Below are positions 1 through 9,032 of a stretch of 57,418 nt of DNA, piece by piece (position 1 is the first letter of the stretch; the number at the start of each line of letters is the position of its first letter). The notes under the pieces are model-generated. The model was given only the letters and a program-made list of their open reading frames with translations. It had not been told where the DNA came from and searched no databases. This DNA is from a virus (lineage: Duplodnaviria > Caudoviricetes). The stretch lies in the IMG/VR virus record IMGVR_UViG_3300033489_000010, positions 1-57,418 of that record. The stretch is one strand, 5' to 3'. Made by a program: the position numbers and the translations under genes.

Positions 1-266
1 AGAAAGAAAACAGCGTTACTTTGAAAAGGTTTCTAAAGGTTCGCCCGAACTTTTAAATAGTTCGCCCGACCAAAACAAGAAAGTAAAGGAAAGTAAAGTA
101 AAGGAAAGTAAAGTAAAGGAAAGTAAAGTACTAGAAGAAATACCCCCCTTACCCCCCAGGGGGAAATCCGAAAAGGTTTTTTCTGAATTAAAAGATTATC
201 TGGAAAAAATGATTCCTGAAAAACTCTCCTATTCTAAAAATGAAATAATTTCTTTTTACAAATACC
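1..266. repeat. Terminal direct repeat, left copy (matches 57153-57418); indicates a circular or permuted phage genome
   Basis: Direct comparison: 266 bp identical except positions 11 (c/g), 43 (g/a) and 139 (a/g). Confidence 0.95.
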
Positions 267-520
267 GGATGAAATCGGCAGCTAAGAAATACAAAACAAC
301 TGCCGGAATAGATGGTTTGTTCCGGGATCTCTTAGATTGCACACACGCCGGATATTGCCCAGGATTATGTTGCAAGGTTGCAGAAGAAAACGACTGGCTT
401 ACACCACGGGTAAAATATTTTGAATCATCCGGGTTATCCGGATCGGTAAAGCAAAAATCAAATATCACTCGCCTTAAACCCCTCACCGACGAAGAACAGA
501 TAAGGGAATTCCAATCATGA
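2..520 (+). CDS. C-terminal part of phage replication initiator (continues across the junction from 56812; about 286 aa joined)
   Basis: ORF 209..520 is in frame with the ORF starting at 56812 once the terminal repeat is collapsed; KESKV repeats and PPLPPRG linker; ATGA overlap with dnaB. Confidence 0.75.
   Translation, partial: ERKQRYFEKVSKGSPELLNSSPDQNKKVKESKVKESKVKESKVLEEIPPLPPRGKSEKVFSELKDYLEKMIPEKLSYSKNEIISFYKYRMKSAAKKYKTTAGIDGLFRDLLDCTHAGYCPGLCCKVAEENDWLTPRVKYFESSGLSGSVKQKSNITRLKPLTDEEQIREFQS
80..129 (+). repeat. Ten tandem AAAG(T/G) pentamers (15-bp period, encoding KESKV) inside the initiator gene; second copy 57232-57281
   Basis: aaagt aaagg aaagt aaagt aaagg aaagt aaagt aaagg aaagt aaagt read directly. 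Confidence 0.9.
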
Positions 521-1821
521 AAAAACAATCCGAAAGAGTTTTGCCGCATGACCTGGATATGGAAACCGCATTGATTTCCGCCCTATTAATCGACAACAGA
601 GGATTTGAAAACATTGGCGAACTTCAACCGGCAGATTTCTACAAACCGGCCCACGGCCTCATTTTTTCAGCCATGCTTTCCCTTGTCACAGAAAAACAGC
701 CGGTGGATCTGGTGACGGTCGTTGAACGGATGGTCCGTAAATCAGAACTTGAGGAGATCGGCGGGGCCAGCTATCTGGCTAAAATTTGTGACTCTGCCCC
801 GGTGGCTTTGAATGCAGCGGCCTATGCCAAAAAGATTAAAGACTTGGCCATGGTCCGGGGGGCCATACTCTCCTGTATGACCATCATCGATGAGGGCTAC
901 AAAACCACGGACCCGGAAGAATTTATTTCCAGGGCTCAGGAATCCATCCTGTCATTGCAAACAACAGACACAAAAGATCATTTTTACAAAATCGATGACC
1001 TGGTGATTGAAGCTATCTCCAGGATAAAAAGCGCCCAGGTGAATATCTCCAAGGGACTGAGGTTCGGGTTCCCTGTTCTGGATAATGCTTTGTATATTGC
1101 CGGAAGCAAGTTGATAATCATTGCAGGCAGACCAGGGATGGGGAAAACTGCACTCATGCTGTCAATTGCAAAATTCCTGGCCCTGCACGATGTCGAATCA
1201 GCCATCCTTTCCCTGGAAATGGATAAAGAATCACTTATTGACCGGCTCCTTTCAGAAGAATCAGACATAAACGCCCTGTGTTTTTATGCAAAAGAGAGCA
1301 TAGGGTCAAATTCTATGACAGATCTTGAAAATGCAGCCGGGAGGCTTTCCTATCTGCCGATGTTTGTTGATGATGCAGGATGTAAAATCCAGGACATCGA
1401 ACGGAAATGCAGGCGGGCAAAAAAACTCGGGGCAAAAATTATTTTCATAGATCAGCTTTCAAAGATTTCTTTCCCGGCAAGTATGACAGATTTTCAGGGA
1501 TACACCCGGAACTGTAACCGGATCGCTGATTTAAAAAAAGAGTTGCGGCTCCCAATTGTTCTGCTTTGCCAGATATCCAGGAAGCTTGAAGAGAGGGTGA
1601 ACAAGGTTCCGATGCTGTCCGACCTCAAACATACGGGGGCCATCGAAGAGGATGCAGACATTGTTTTCTTTGTTCACCGGCCAGGAGTCTATGACCCAGA
1701 TGAAACCGGGGATCTTGAAAAAACTGAAATTCACTTATCAAAAAACAGGAACGGGGCAACCGGCATTGAAAGGAAAATTACATTCAATACAAAGCGGTCC
1801 ATGTTCCGGATGGGGTGTTAA
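517..1821 (+). CDS. dnaB: Replicative DNA helicase, DnaB family
   Basis: N-terminal LPHDLDME..DFYKPAH; Walker A AGRPGMGKT; SLEM; IFIDQL; SDLK..GAIEEDAD; KNRNGATG. Confidence 0.95.
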   Translation: MKKQSERVLPHDLDMETALISALLIDNRGFENIGELQPADFYKPAHGLIFSAMLSLVTEKQPVDLVTVVERMVRKSELEEIGGASYLAKICDSAPVALNAAAYAKKIKDLAMVRGAILSCMTIIDEGYKTTDPEEFISRAQESILSLQTTDTKDHFYKIDDLVIEAISRIKSAQVNISKGLRFGFPVLDNALYIAGSKLIIIAGRPGMGKTALMLSIAKFLALHDVESAILSLEMDKESLIDRLLSEESDINALCFYAKESIGSNSMTDLENAAGRLSYLPMFVDDAGCKIQDIERKCRRAKKLGAKIIFIDQLSKISFPASMTDFQGYTRNCNRIADLKKELRLPIVLLCQISRKLEERVNKVPMLSDLKHTGAIEEDADIVFFVHRPGVYDPDETGDLEKTEIHLSKNRNGATGIERKITFNTKRSMFRMGC

Positions 1822-1970
1822 ATATAATTTTTCCAAAAAAATAAGGGTGCCTCTATGGCAAAAACCATCACAGGATTAGAAATTTATAGGCAAAAATTAA
1901 TAAGCTTGCATAGCCTGGTACTTGGGTATCAACCACATCAAGAAAACGAAAATTAAGGGGTAAAATAGAA

Positions 1971-2720
1971 TTGACGGATAAATCCATAATTACCTGCAAA
2001 AAGTTAAATGCAACAATCCCGAAATCAACCTGTGTGGCCCGGCAAAGAGCGGTATCAAAACAAATGGCGGATCGTTTGAAATCGAAGAATAAGGGCAATG
2101 GCCCGGCGTGGGGTTATCTGGGCGGGGATGGGGCAGTGTTGAAGTATATTTCTTGTATCGGATGCACGGATTATTTAGCCGGAAAATATTCAAAAAAAGA
2201 TATTCAAAAAAAACAGGAAGCGGAAAAGGAACCAAAAATGGAAGTGAAAACATGTACAAAATGCGGAATTAAGAAAAGTATTGATTTATTTTACAAACAA
2301 TCTACATCAAAAGACGGCCATCAGTATCAATGCAAAAAATGTATAAATCTTGCAATGGCTTTGAAGAATGGCACCTCAAAACATTTACGAAAAGAAGAAG
2401 AAATTCAGGCCCCGCTCCCCCCATCCGTGCCTACTCTTTTCTCAGAACCTGAGAAAACTCAGGTGTGCAGGAAATGCAAAAAAAAAATGCCGCTCACTGC
2501 TGAATTTTATCACCGGTGTCAAATTCGCGCGACCGGTTTTAGGGAAATATGTAAAACATGCCGATCGGAATCAAGACCGGATAAAAAAAGCGAGGTCAGG
2601 GTAGTCCTAAATTTTAAGAATGATCCGGATTTGCTCGAACGGGTTATATCCATGGCAAAAAAAGAACGCAGGGAGATAGGCCAGCAGATTCTGTGTGTCC
2701 TGGAGAAGGTGGTAATTTGA
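1971..2720 (+). CDS. Cys-rich zinc-finger protein (repeated KxCxxC...FY...CKxC units), possible DNA-binding regulator
   Basis: Several CxxC pairs; C-terminal RHH-like segment LERVISMAKKERREIGQQILCVLE. Confidence 0.55.
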   Translation: MTDKSIITCKKLNATIPKSTCVARQRAVSKQMADRLKSKNKGNGPAWGYLGGDGAVLKYISCIGCTDYLAGKYSKKDIQKKQEAEKEPKMEVKTCTKCGIKKSIDLFYKQSTSKDGHQYQCKKCINLAMALKNGTSKHLRKEEEIQAPLPPSVPTLFSEPEKTQVCRKCKKKMPLTAEFYHRCQIRATGFREICKTCRSESRPDKKSEVRVVLNFKNDPDLLERVISMAKKERREIGQQILCVLEKVVI

Positions 2721-2866
2721 CGTTTTTCCCGGTTTTGATTATGGTTGAATCGTTTGCTGCCGCAATATTTTATCTGGTTTCTGGGAAAATCGGCCCGGCT
2801 GTGTATTGGTTTGCTGCCGGGTTTTTGAATTTTGCCGTTATTTTTTTGATTCCGAAAGGAGTTTAA
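2717..2866 (+). CDS. Small 49-aa membrane protein (below the ORF-track cutoff)
   Basis: TTG start overlapping the upstream TGA; MTFFPVLIMVESFAAAIFYLVSGKIGPAVYWFAAGFLNFAVIFLIPKGV, two hydrophobic segments. Confidence 0.5.
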   Translation: MTFFPVLIMVESFAAAIFYLVSGKIGPAVYWFAAGFLNFAVIFLIPKGV

Positions 2867-2870
2867 ATTT

Positions 2871-3131
2871 ATGGCTATAAAAACTTGTGGAGAATGTGCA
2901 AAACTCAGAACTTCATTATGTTTTCGTCCTGATTATTGTGTTAATCATGGATATACAGATTTTGCCAGGTCCAGGCCGTGGAAGAAATGTGAAATTTGCG
3001 GCGGAAATATGCGCCGAATTCGAACATCAAACCCGTCGAAAACAGTCGTGATCACAGATATTGTGTGCGCTGATTGTGGACTTCAGGCTGAGGAGTGGAG
3101 AGAATACAGACGAAAAGGAGTAGCATCATAA
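2871..3131 (+). CDS. Hypothetical Cys-rich (zinc-ribbon) protein
   Basis: AAGGAG RBS; three CxxC motifs. Confidence 0.6.
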   Translation: MAIKTCGECAKLRTSLCFRPDYCVNHGYTDFARSRPWKKCEICGGNMRRIRTSNPSKTVVITDIVCADCGLQAEEWREYRRKGVAS

Positions 3132-3132
3132 C

Positions 3133-4233
3133 ATGAAAATAAAAATAATTATTTCAGTGATTATTACTGCAACCGCTCTTTTGAGATGCCCGCCCATCGA
3201 TTTTTTGATCAGCAAAATAGGCATGGATGACATTTTGAGGGTCATGGCAATTTTTGGAGCATCTTCAATACTGGCTGTTTATATTTATAAAATTAATCCA
3301 TGGGCAGGCGCTCTTGTTTTTTGTTCCGCTGTTAGCTATATTTATCCCATTTACAGCTTATACAGTAATCTATCGCTATTCACGGTTACTCTATATGCGG
3401 CTGTTTATTATGTGTTGGTGAGAGATAAAATAAAAGCTGAGTATCTTATAAATCCCATGGCCATATTTGCCATTATTCACAGTGGTTTTTTGATTTTGCA
3501 TTTCAATGGGATTTTTCCCGGCATATATGGTAATTTAAAGCCATCCACAACCGAAGTCATAGGGTTAATGGCTAACCCTAATGATGCCGCCGCAGCATTG
3601 GCAATCTGTCTGCCAGCAGTGTTCCGTAAAAAATGGTGCTGGGCCATACCGTTGATTATCGCCGGATTTTATTGTGCTCGCTCAACCGGTGGTGTTTTTG
3701 GTGGGTTTGTGGCGTCATGCATATTTTTAGCATTGTCCGATATGAGATTTAAAAAAGAAATATTTGCAGGGATAGCCATGATGATTGCTCTATTCCTGGT
3801 TTTTATAGATCGACCGGCAGCCTCTGTCAGGTTGGACACATGGATAGTATTTCTCGATAATCATTTTAACCACACCCTGACTCCCGGAATTAAAAATCAA
3901 ACCATTTTCGGCATAGGTTTAGGAAATTGGAAATTTGTACGGCAAAGCTTTGGTCCGGTAAATGGTCATATGTTATGGACAAATTCACACAATACATTTG
4001 TTCAGGGGTTTATTGAGATGGGTTTTCCGTTTTTGATTATCATGGCAGGATATACCTACAGCCTTTTGTCCAGGATCAAAAAGACAATGGGGATCGAAGC
4101 GGCTGCACTCGGTGCAATAGTAACTGTCTGTATGACAAATTCAGTGTTTCACATGAATGCTGTAAATGGTTTGTTTGTGGTTTTGTGGTTGGTGTTGGTG
4201 GAGATAAAACTAAAGGTCGGAATACAGAGATAA
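3133..4233 (+). CDS. O-antigen ligase/polymerase-like (Wzy_C/WaaL) polytopic membrane protein
   Basis: Many hydrophobic helices; GLMANPN, SVRLDTW, FGIGLGNW and SHNTFVQGFIEMG motifs typical of the family. Confidence 0.8.
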   Translation: MKIKIIISVIITATALLRCPPIDFLISKIGMDDILRVMAIFGASSILAVYIYKINPWAGALVFCSAVSYIYPIYSLYSNLSLFTVTLYAAVYYVLVRDKIKAEYLINPMAIFAIIHSGFLILHFNGIFPGIYGNLKPSTTEVIGLMANPNDAAAALAICLPAVFRKKWCWAIPLIIAGFYCARSTGGVFGGFVASCIFLALSDMRFKKEIFAGIAMMIALFLVFIDRPAASVRLDTWIVFLDNHFNHTLTPGIKNQTIFGIGLGNWKFVRQSFGPVNGHMLWTNSHNTFVQGFIEMGFPFLIIMAGYTYSLLSRIKKTMGIEAAALGAIVTVCMTNSVFHMNAVNGLFVVLWLVLVEIKLKVGIQR

Positions 4234-4256
4234 AGAGATTTAGAAAAGGAAGGTGA

Positions 4257-4463
4257 ATGATGAAAACTTATCCAGCTTGTAAAGGTAAAAATTGTGGGTG
4301 CACGGACGGAGTAAGTCATTCCGTTGAGTGCAAAGAAGAATATGAGATGTCCGTAGATCCAGACTATTACAGAGGCGCTTGGGAGTGCCCGAACTGTGGA
4401 TATAAAGGTCAAGAAAACAGAATGATGGATACTTTTTGTAGTAAATGCCATCATCATAGATAA
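4257..4463 (+). CDS. Small Cys-rich hypothetical protein, last gene of the rightward arm
   Basis: GGAAGG RBS; CPNCG and CSKC; converges with the leftward arm at 4463/4470. Confidence 0.55.
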   Translation: MMKTYPACKGKNCGCTDGVSHSVECKEEYEMSVDPDYYRGAWECPNCGYKGQENRMMDTFCSKCHHHR

Positions 4464-4469
4464 TTATAG

Positions 4470-4901
4470 CTAAATATCAACAGGAAAATGATACTCCTCA
4501 AACCGGGGCGATCTCTTCGCAAAAAAGTAAAGCGTTGTTAAAGCAATGATGTCCTCATTGTCATTATCCCAGTATGCCCAGCCAAAACGCCTGACGGCCT
4601 GATACATGAGTTTTGCCTTGGCCACTGGCACATTGTTATCAATCAAACCCTGATAAAAAATTTGATCGGTATACGCCCGGTCAAACTGATGATTCCAGTA
4701 TCCCCAATCGTGACCAACTGCCGGACCGATAACTTTAGGATGAAAAGGATCATACAGAAACAATCGGGCAACTTTGGGGATACTGGCTCCGTCAGTCAGA
4801 AAATAAGCCGGAACCAATGTCCCATACTTTTTGTTTGGGTAATCATCAATTAAAACCCACTTATATTTTTCAGGCACAGGGGAAAGGTTCGGTTGGTTCA
4901 T
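4470..4901 (-). CDS. DUF1353-like protein of the lysis region
   Basis: TDGASIP...AVGHDWGY...D.IF..GL...A.LMYQAVRRFG pattern. Confidence 0.8.
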   Translation of the reverse strand: MNQPNLSPVPEKYKWVLIDDYPNKKYGTLVPAYFLTDGASIPKVARLFLYDPFHPKVIGPAVGHDWGYWNHQFDRAYTDQIFYQGLIDNNVPVAKAKLMYQAVRRFGWAYWDNDNEDIIALTTLYFFAKRSPRFEEYHFPVDI

Positions 4902-5095
4902 AAACCCTTCTTTTTCTCGTTGTATTTACTCCATGCAGCCAGCACCCCGGCCACAACAATCCCTGCAGTGGAAAGAAAGTTCATCAAATCTTCTTGAAAC
5001 TGCGAATCCAGCTCAATGTCAAATAACTTGGCACCGGTCACGATTAACAGGATTAAAAAGGTGTAATTTCTTTTCGATAAATACCATGGGTCCAT
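4898..5095 (-). CDS. Probable holin
   Basis: 65 aa; PWYLSK start, two hydrophobic segments, basic C-terminus; lies in the lysis cluster. Confidence 0.65.
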   Translation of the reverse strand: MDPWYLSKRNYTFLILLIVTGAKLFDIELDSQFQEDLMNFLSTAGIVVAGVLAAWSKYNEKKKGL

Positions 5096-5117
5096 GGCTT
5101 CCTCCTTTTAAAACAAT

Positions 5118-5453
5118 TTAGAATTCAGGCAAATCAACCGTTTTACCTTTTAATTCATGCGTACAATCTCCAAGAAATTGGATTTTACCATCTTTTATAA
5201 ATGAATGGCAGATTAATTTTGGGACTTGGTCAATGTAACCAGATCTCACAAGTATGCTCGGGCTCACTGTTGGTTTATCAATATTTCCATTGAATCCCCA
5301 ACATGGCTTGAAATTTTTGTTTGTCTGAATAAAATGGGCGCACCCACATCCCGGGCACTGAAATGAAAACCCATTTCTATCATCTATCGTGCTTAATTTT
5401 ATTGGACTAAATTTTGCCATGAATCCCCTCACAAAGTTGGTTCTGCTCCACAA
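5118..5453 (-). CDS. DUF6527-like phage protein (true start probably MAKF at 5420)
   Basis: CPGCG..H...W.FNG...PTVSPSIL...CHSFI.DG.IQFLGDCTH pattern. Confidence 0.75.
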   Translation of the reverse strand: MWSRTNFVRGFMAKFSPIKLSTIDDRNGFSFQCPGCGCAHFIQTNKNFKPCWGFNGNIDKPTVSPSILVRSGYIDQVPKLICHSFIKDGKIQFLGDCTHELKGKTVDLPEF

Positions 5454-5629
5454 TTAGAGCAAACCATTCTATCCGGTAAAATAAAAAACGTATGACAAGA
5501 ACAGGCGCATTGCCAAACATGCTGACCCTCTTTAAGAAGATTGTTTTTATCTTCTTCGTCAAGGTAACATTCTTTTTTATCAAATTTTATATCAATAGAC
5601 TTCCATGGAAACCGGATAATATTTGTCAT
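5429..5629 (-). CDS. Small zinc-ribbon hypothetical protein
   Basis: Co-oriented and overlapping neighbours; CACSC and CSNCG. Confidence 0.5.
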   Translation of the reverse strand: MTNIIRFPWKSIDIKFDKKECYLDEEDKNNLLKEGQHVWQCACSCHTFFILPDRMVCSNCGAEPTL

Positions 5630-5786
5630 CTATCAACTCCCATAAATCGTCAATTGATCTTTTCAATTCAAACTCATCCACCCAGCCACACTCACACTTG
5701 CACCGGATCATATTAAACCCGTCCGGAGCAACAGTCAACAATCTGCCTTGGCAATCAGGGCAGACGCAAAACATCTTAACCATCAA
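5592..5786 (-). CDS. Small zinc-ribbon hypothetical protein
   Basis: CPDC and CKCECG; overlaps the endolysin stop. Confidence 0.45.
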   Translation of the reverse strand: MMVKMFCVCPDCQGRLLTVAPDGFNMIRCKCECGWVDEFELKRSIDDLWELIDDKYYPVSMEVY

Positions 5787-6138
5787 TCTGGAAATGAATG
5801 TGATCTTTCATCCGTGACAGACCATAATCTTTTGATACTGACTGAGCGATGCCCATGGCATCCCCGGCCCTAATATTTTGTCCTATGAGATGTTTATGGG
5901 GTTTAAAATAAAACATTTTCCCTTTTGTTTTATCATGCCGCCACAAGATCCCGGAAAGAGGTGATCCTAATTTGGGGAATGATTCTCTTTCAATAGTAAG
6001 AGCGAACGGTGCTATAATAATTTGCCCATCGTCACACAAATAATCAATCCCATTGTGGATTCTATTCCCCCTGGAAGCACCATACTCCCCGGAGCCCTCT
6101 TCATCGTTTCTGATGCCTTTGCCTGTTGGTGATATCAT
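5776..6138 (-). CDS. M23-family (LECT2-like) peptidase, probable endolysin
   Basis: YGASRG.RIHNGIDY (HxxxD) and DHIHFQ (HxH) zinc ligands; near the holin. Confidence 0.8.
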   Translation of the reverse strand: MISPTGKGIRNDEEGSGEYGASRGNRIHNGIDYLCDDGQIIIAPFALTIERESFPKLGSPLSGILWRHDKTKGKMFYFKPHKHLIGQNIRAGDAMGIAQSVSKDYGLSRMKDHIHFQIDG

Positions 6139-6569
6139 TCTCTTTCTTCCCTCCTACGGCTTGTTTCAATGGCAAATTTTAACGTTGCCTGTATCCCAGC
6201 GATGCTTTCCTTGACTTCGGAAACCTCCACCCGTAAGCCGTCAAATTCAGCTTGATTCGGCATCCCTGCAAGGGTTTGTTTAACTTGAGATATGTCCCGG
6301 ATAATCGTTCTGAAATCTTCCCGACCGGTATCGAGTTGTTTTTCTGTTTCCTTCACCCGGGTGTCCATCTGGGCGACGTCTTTTTTTAATGTTGGAACAC
6401 AGCAGGCTTTTTGCCGGGAAGAACAGATTTTTTCAAATTCAGTGGTTTTTAAATAAACGGCTCTTTTTTCAACCCGGCCACTTTTATAGGAATCATAAAT
6501 GGCCTTACCAAGTATTCCCAACATGAACGAAATTCCTGCAAAAAATAGCCCCGTTTCAGTAGATGTCAT
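6135..6569 (-). CDS. Membrane-anchored coiled-coil protein (lysis accessory?)
   Basis: N-terminal hydrophobic helix followed by a heptad-rich region; GGAG RBS. Confidence 0.55.
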   Translation of the reverse strand: MTSTETGLFFAGISFMLGILGKAIYDSYKSGRVEKRAVYLKTTEFEKICSSRQKACCVPTLKKDVAQMDTRVKETEKQLDTGREDFRTIIRDISQVKQTLAGMPNQAEFDGLRVEVSEVKESIAGIQATLKFAIETSRRREERE

Positions 6570-6621
6570 TTATTTCTCCCATGAAAAAAAATAATTGGTT
6601 GGTTATGAGAGGTCTTGATTT

Positions 6622-6885
6622 TCACCGTTCATCGCACTTTATAATTATAGTCCGGTCATCTGCCAGGCCTCCTGCGGTGACGATGTGATTGACCAGGCTA
6701 TACGATGTTCCGGCAGTCCCACCGGATAGAACAACGGTGGTTTTTGTCGTGGTAGTAGAATCGCTGTCTTTTGTAATCCCAGACGGCACCGTCCAGGTAC
6801 TGACTGATATGGTATCCGTATCGAGCCAATCAGACCAGTCAATCGAGTAATCAAGTACCGCATTCGGGTCTTTTAAAAATCTCAT
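6622..6885 (-). CDS. Small phage fibre-to-tail adaptor-type protein
   Basis: KDPNAVLDYSIDWSDWL..DTI..STW...LSGG..G..Y...N.I.T..G..DDRT pattern common to small phage adaptors. Confidence 0.7.
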   Translation of the reverse strand: MRFLKDPNAVLDYSIDWSDWLDTDTISVSTWTVPSGITKDSDSTTTTKTTVVLSGGTAGTSYSLVNHIVTAGGLADDRTIIIKCDER

Positions 6886-7001
6886 TACCTATCCTTTATA
6901 ATAAATCGCCTGTTTTCATTGCCTACAACATAAATACGATCTTCTGATCCATAGATATCCGCCTCGTTCTCGGAAGAGTTTTATGGCGTGGTAGAGGCAT
7001 T

Positions 7002-8537
7002 TCATCTTCTACCTATAGGAAGGAAGCCTCTTAGGCCGCTTGGCATATCCGGATCTCTTTGACTTGCGCCTATATTCGGTATTTTGTAAACTCCATAGCC
7101 CCAAGGGTCTTCTTCCCCGCCGTCATTTACTCCGGTTATCCAGACTCCGGTATCAATTGCAGGGGAATTGGATTGAAGCTTTCCGGATGGGGTTATGAGT
7201 GGGTCAGTTGTTATAGAATGAGCGCCTAAGAAAGCGGAAACATTAGTTATGGTTGCATATGCTTCTATCCTTCCAACCGAATAACTCGCATTGTTATTAA
7301 CCAAATTATAATCCTCTGTGTACAAAGAGCTATCATATGTTGTAGAATTTATTAAAATACCCTGTGCCGCAAGATCATAAAATATATTGTTTTTAATATC
7401 CACATCGCCAGACGCATAAATATAAATCCCACGATCACAACCGATAACAGTATTATGATAAATTTTACCCTGGTCTGTTCCACCGGTTCCATTGTTTATA
7501 ATTATTCCAGCGTTTTCTTGAAGGGGCCATTCTGAAGATCGAGTATTACAATTTAGTATGACATTGGACTTTATAATATTCCCAAAGCCATATTTGCTGA
7601 CATCTGCAATACCGTTACCTTCACAATTATAAACGAAGTTATTGTACATTGTACATGTTTTTGTGTATTGATCAAATCTGATCCCAAGGCCATCCGCACC
7701 ATCACTGTCCACATCTATTATGCCTGATACAATATTCTTATAAATATTAATGTTATATGTATATGTATCAGCATCATAGCCACCCGCTTCTATGCCTGTG
7801 CCCCATACACGATCCACCCCATTTAACGACCCTGTATCTTTTATAGTGTTTGAATAGATGTTGACATCATGGCTATTAGTCCCACACCGAATTCCAGTCT
7901 CACCATTATCTATACAAGTATTTTCATTTATATTAATATCATAAATTTCAGTCCCTAAAATAGCCGCAGCAAAAATTCCATTTTGTGACCTATAATCTAT
8001 GTTATTATGGACATTAATATTATATGAAGAACCCCCAGAGGCAGCAGTTATTTTAATTCCGGCAGTTTCATTATCAGCAGTTATACAATTATAGATGTTG
8101 ATATCATGCGAATTAGAAATTAAAATTCCACCAGATGTCGTTGTTTTTTGCGCTTGAATATTAGTGATATTTATAAAAGATTTGCCTGATACTTGAAAAA
8201 CTGTGTATGCCGCATATTCCAAAATTGTGATACTGCTTCCATAACTTTGGATGGTTATAGGATGATCAGCCACACCAGATGTGCCAACAGAAAATACCAC
8301 ACCAAGAAATGTTCCAGATAGGTTTACACAAACATCATCCCCAGCGGCGACCCAATCGAATATTGAATTTGCTCCCCCAGTAGTCCAATTGATATCTGAG
8401 AAGGCATCGTAGGGAGTCGTTATTGAACCATCTCCGCCAGCGGCGGCACTTGAAGAAATATAAATATTCCTATCAGCCCCCCACGCCTGCCCAACCAAGG
8501 CCAGGCTTATCAGTATTCCAAGTAAAAACTTTTTCAT
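7002..8537 (-). CDS. Right-handed parallel beta-helix (pectate-lyase/tailspike-like) protein with N-terminal signal peptide
   Basis: Repeated I.I.NN / GI.I strands; GDGSITTPY start; LQSNSPAIDTG..PNIGA end; MKKFLLGILISLALVGQAWG signal-like N-terminus; AT-rich. Confidence 0.75.
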   Translation of the reverse strand: MKKFLLGILISLALVGQAWGADRNIYISSSAAAGGDGSITTPYDAFSDINWTTGGANSIFDWVAAGDDVCVNLSGTFLGVVFSVGTSGVADHPITIQSYGSSITILEYAAYTVFQVSGKSFINITNIQAQKTTTSGGILISNSHDINIYNCITADNETAGIKITAASGGSSYNINVHNNIDYRSQNGIFAAAILGTEIYDININENTCIDNGETGIRCGTNSHDVNIYSNTIKDTGSLNGVDRVWGTGIEAGGYDADTYTYNINIYKNIVSGIIDVDSDGADGLGIRFDQYTKTCTMYNNFVYNCEGNGIADVSKYGFGNIIKSNVILNCNTRSSEWPLQENAGIIINNGTGGTDQGKIYHNTVIGCDRGIYIYASGDVDIKNNIFYDLAAQGILINSTTYDSSLYTEDYNLVNNNASYSVGRIEAYATITNVSAFLGAHSITTDPLITPSGKLQSNSPAIDTGVWITGVNDGGEEDPWGYGVYKIPNIGASQRDPDMPSGLRGFLPIGRR

Positions 8538-8585
8538 TATTCTTTGTCCCTTATTTCAGGTTACTCAACCGGCGAATACCGTCAC

Positions 8586-8933
8586 TCATTGTTTCAGCAC
8601 CAGGACCTCAATAACCACCGTTCCGGAAACAGGTTTTGCATAAAATAATATTGCACCTGGCACCCCATAAACCTCCTCCGGTGCAATTCCTTCACCATCC
8701 CTGACGGTAAAATATTTAGCACCATCAGCAGTGTCAGAAATTAAGAAGTCTGCGCCATCCCTAGAATGGAAAGCATAAGCAGTACAAGTTTGCCCCGAGT
8801 TAAGTGATACCGGAAGGAAAGATGTGCCGGAGATCGGAACATTAATGGGTTTTTCTATGGCATAAGATGAGCCACAAAAAGATATCAGTATTAGAAGGCC
8901 TACGATTAAAAGTTTTTTCATTCGATTCTCCAT
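8586..8933 (-). CDS. Hypothetical protein with signal peptide (likely start MKKLL at 8921)
   Basis: GGAG RBS before MKKLLIVGLLILISFCGSSYA; beta-rich mature part. Confidence 0.6.
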   Translation of the reverse strand: MENRMKKLLIVGLLILISFCGSSYAIEKPINVPISGTSFLPVSLNSGQTCTAYAFHSRDGADFLISDTADGAKYFTVRDGEGIAPEEVYGVPGAILFYAKPVSGTVVIEVLVLKQ

Positions 8934-8947
8934 CTAAATAATTGCAC

Positions 8948-8999
8948 AAAAAAAAAGAAACCCTTTGGCAGAGTATAGAAGACTCCTTCAAAAGGTTTC
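8948..8999 (-). terminator. Probable intrinsic terminator downstream of the giant gene
   Basis: Imperfect stem GAAACCTTTTG...CAAAGGGTTTC followed by a run of 9 T on the minus strand. Confidence 0.5.
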
Positions 9000-9010
9000 A
9001 ATTCAAATTA

Positions 9011-9028
9011 TACAGATATAGTTATCTG
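9011..9028 (-). promoter_or_regulatory. Palindromic operator or late-promoter motif CAGATAACYATATCTGTA, copy 2
   Basis: 17/18 identical to 32362-32379; dyad CAGATA-N4-TATCTG; its last 2 nt start a TATAAT on the minus strand. Confidence 0.6.
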
Positions 9029-9032
9029 AAAA

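Noticed and set aside
80-129. CRISPR array or DGR repeat
   Set aside because: Short tandem pentamers without spacers; no cas or reverse-transcriptase gene anywhere in the window
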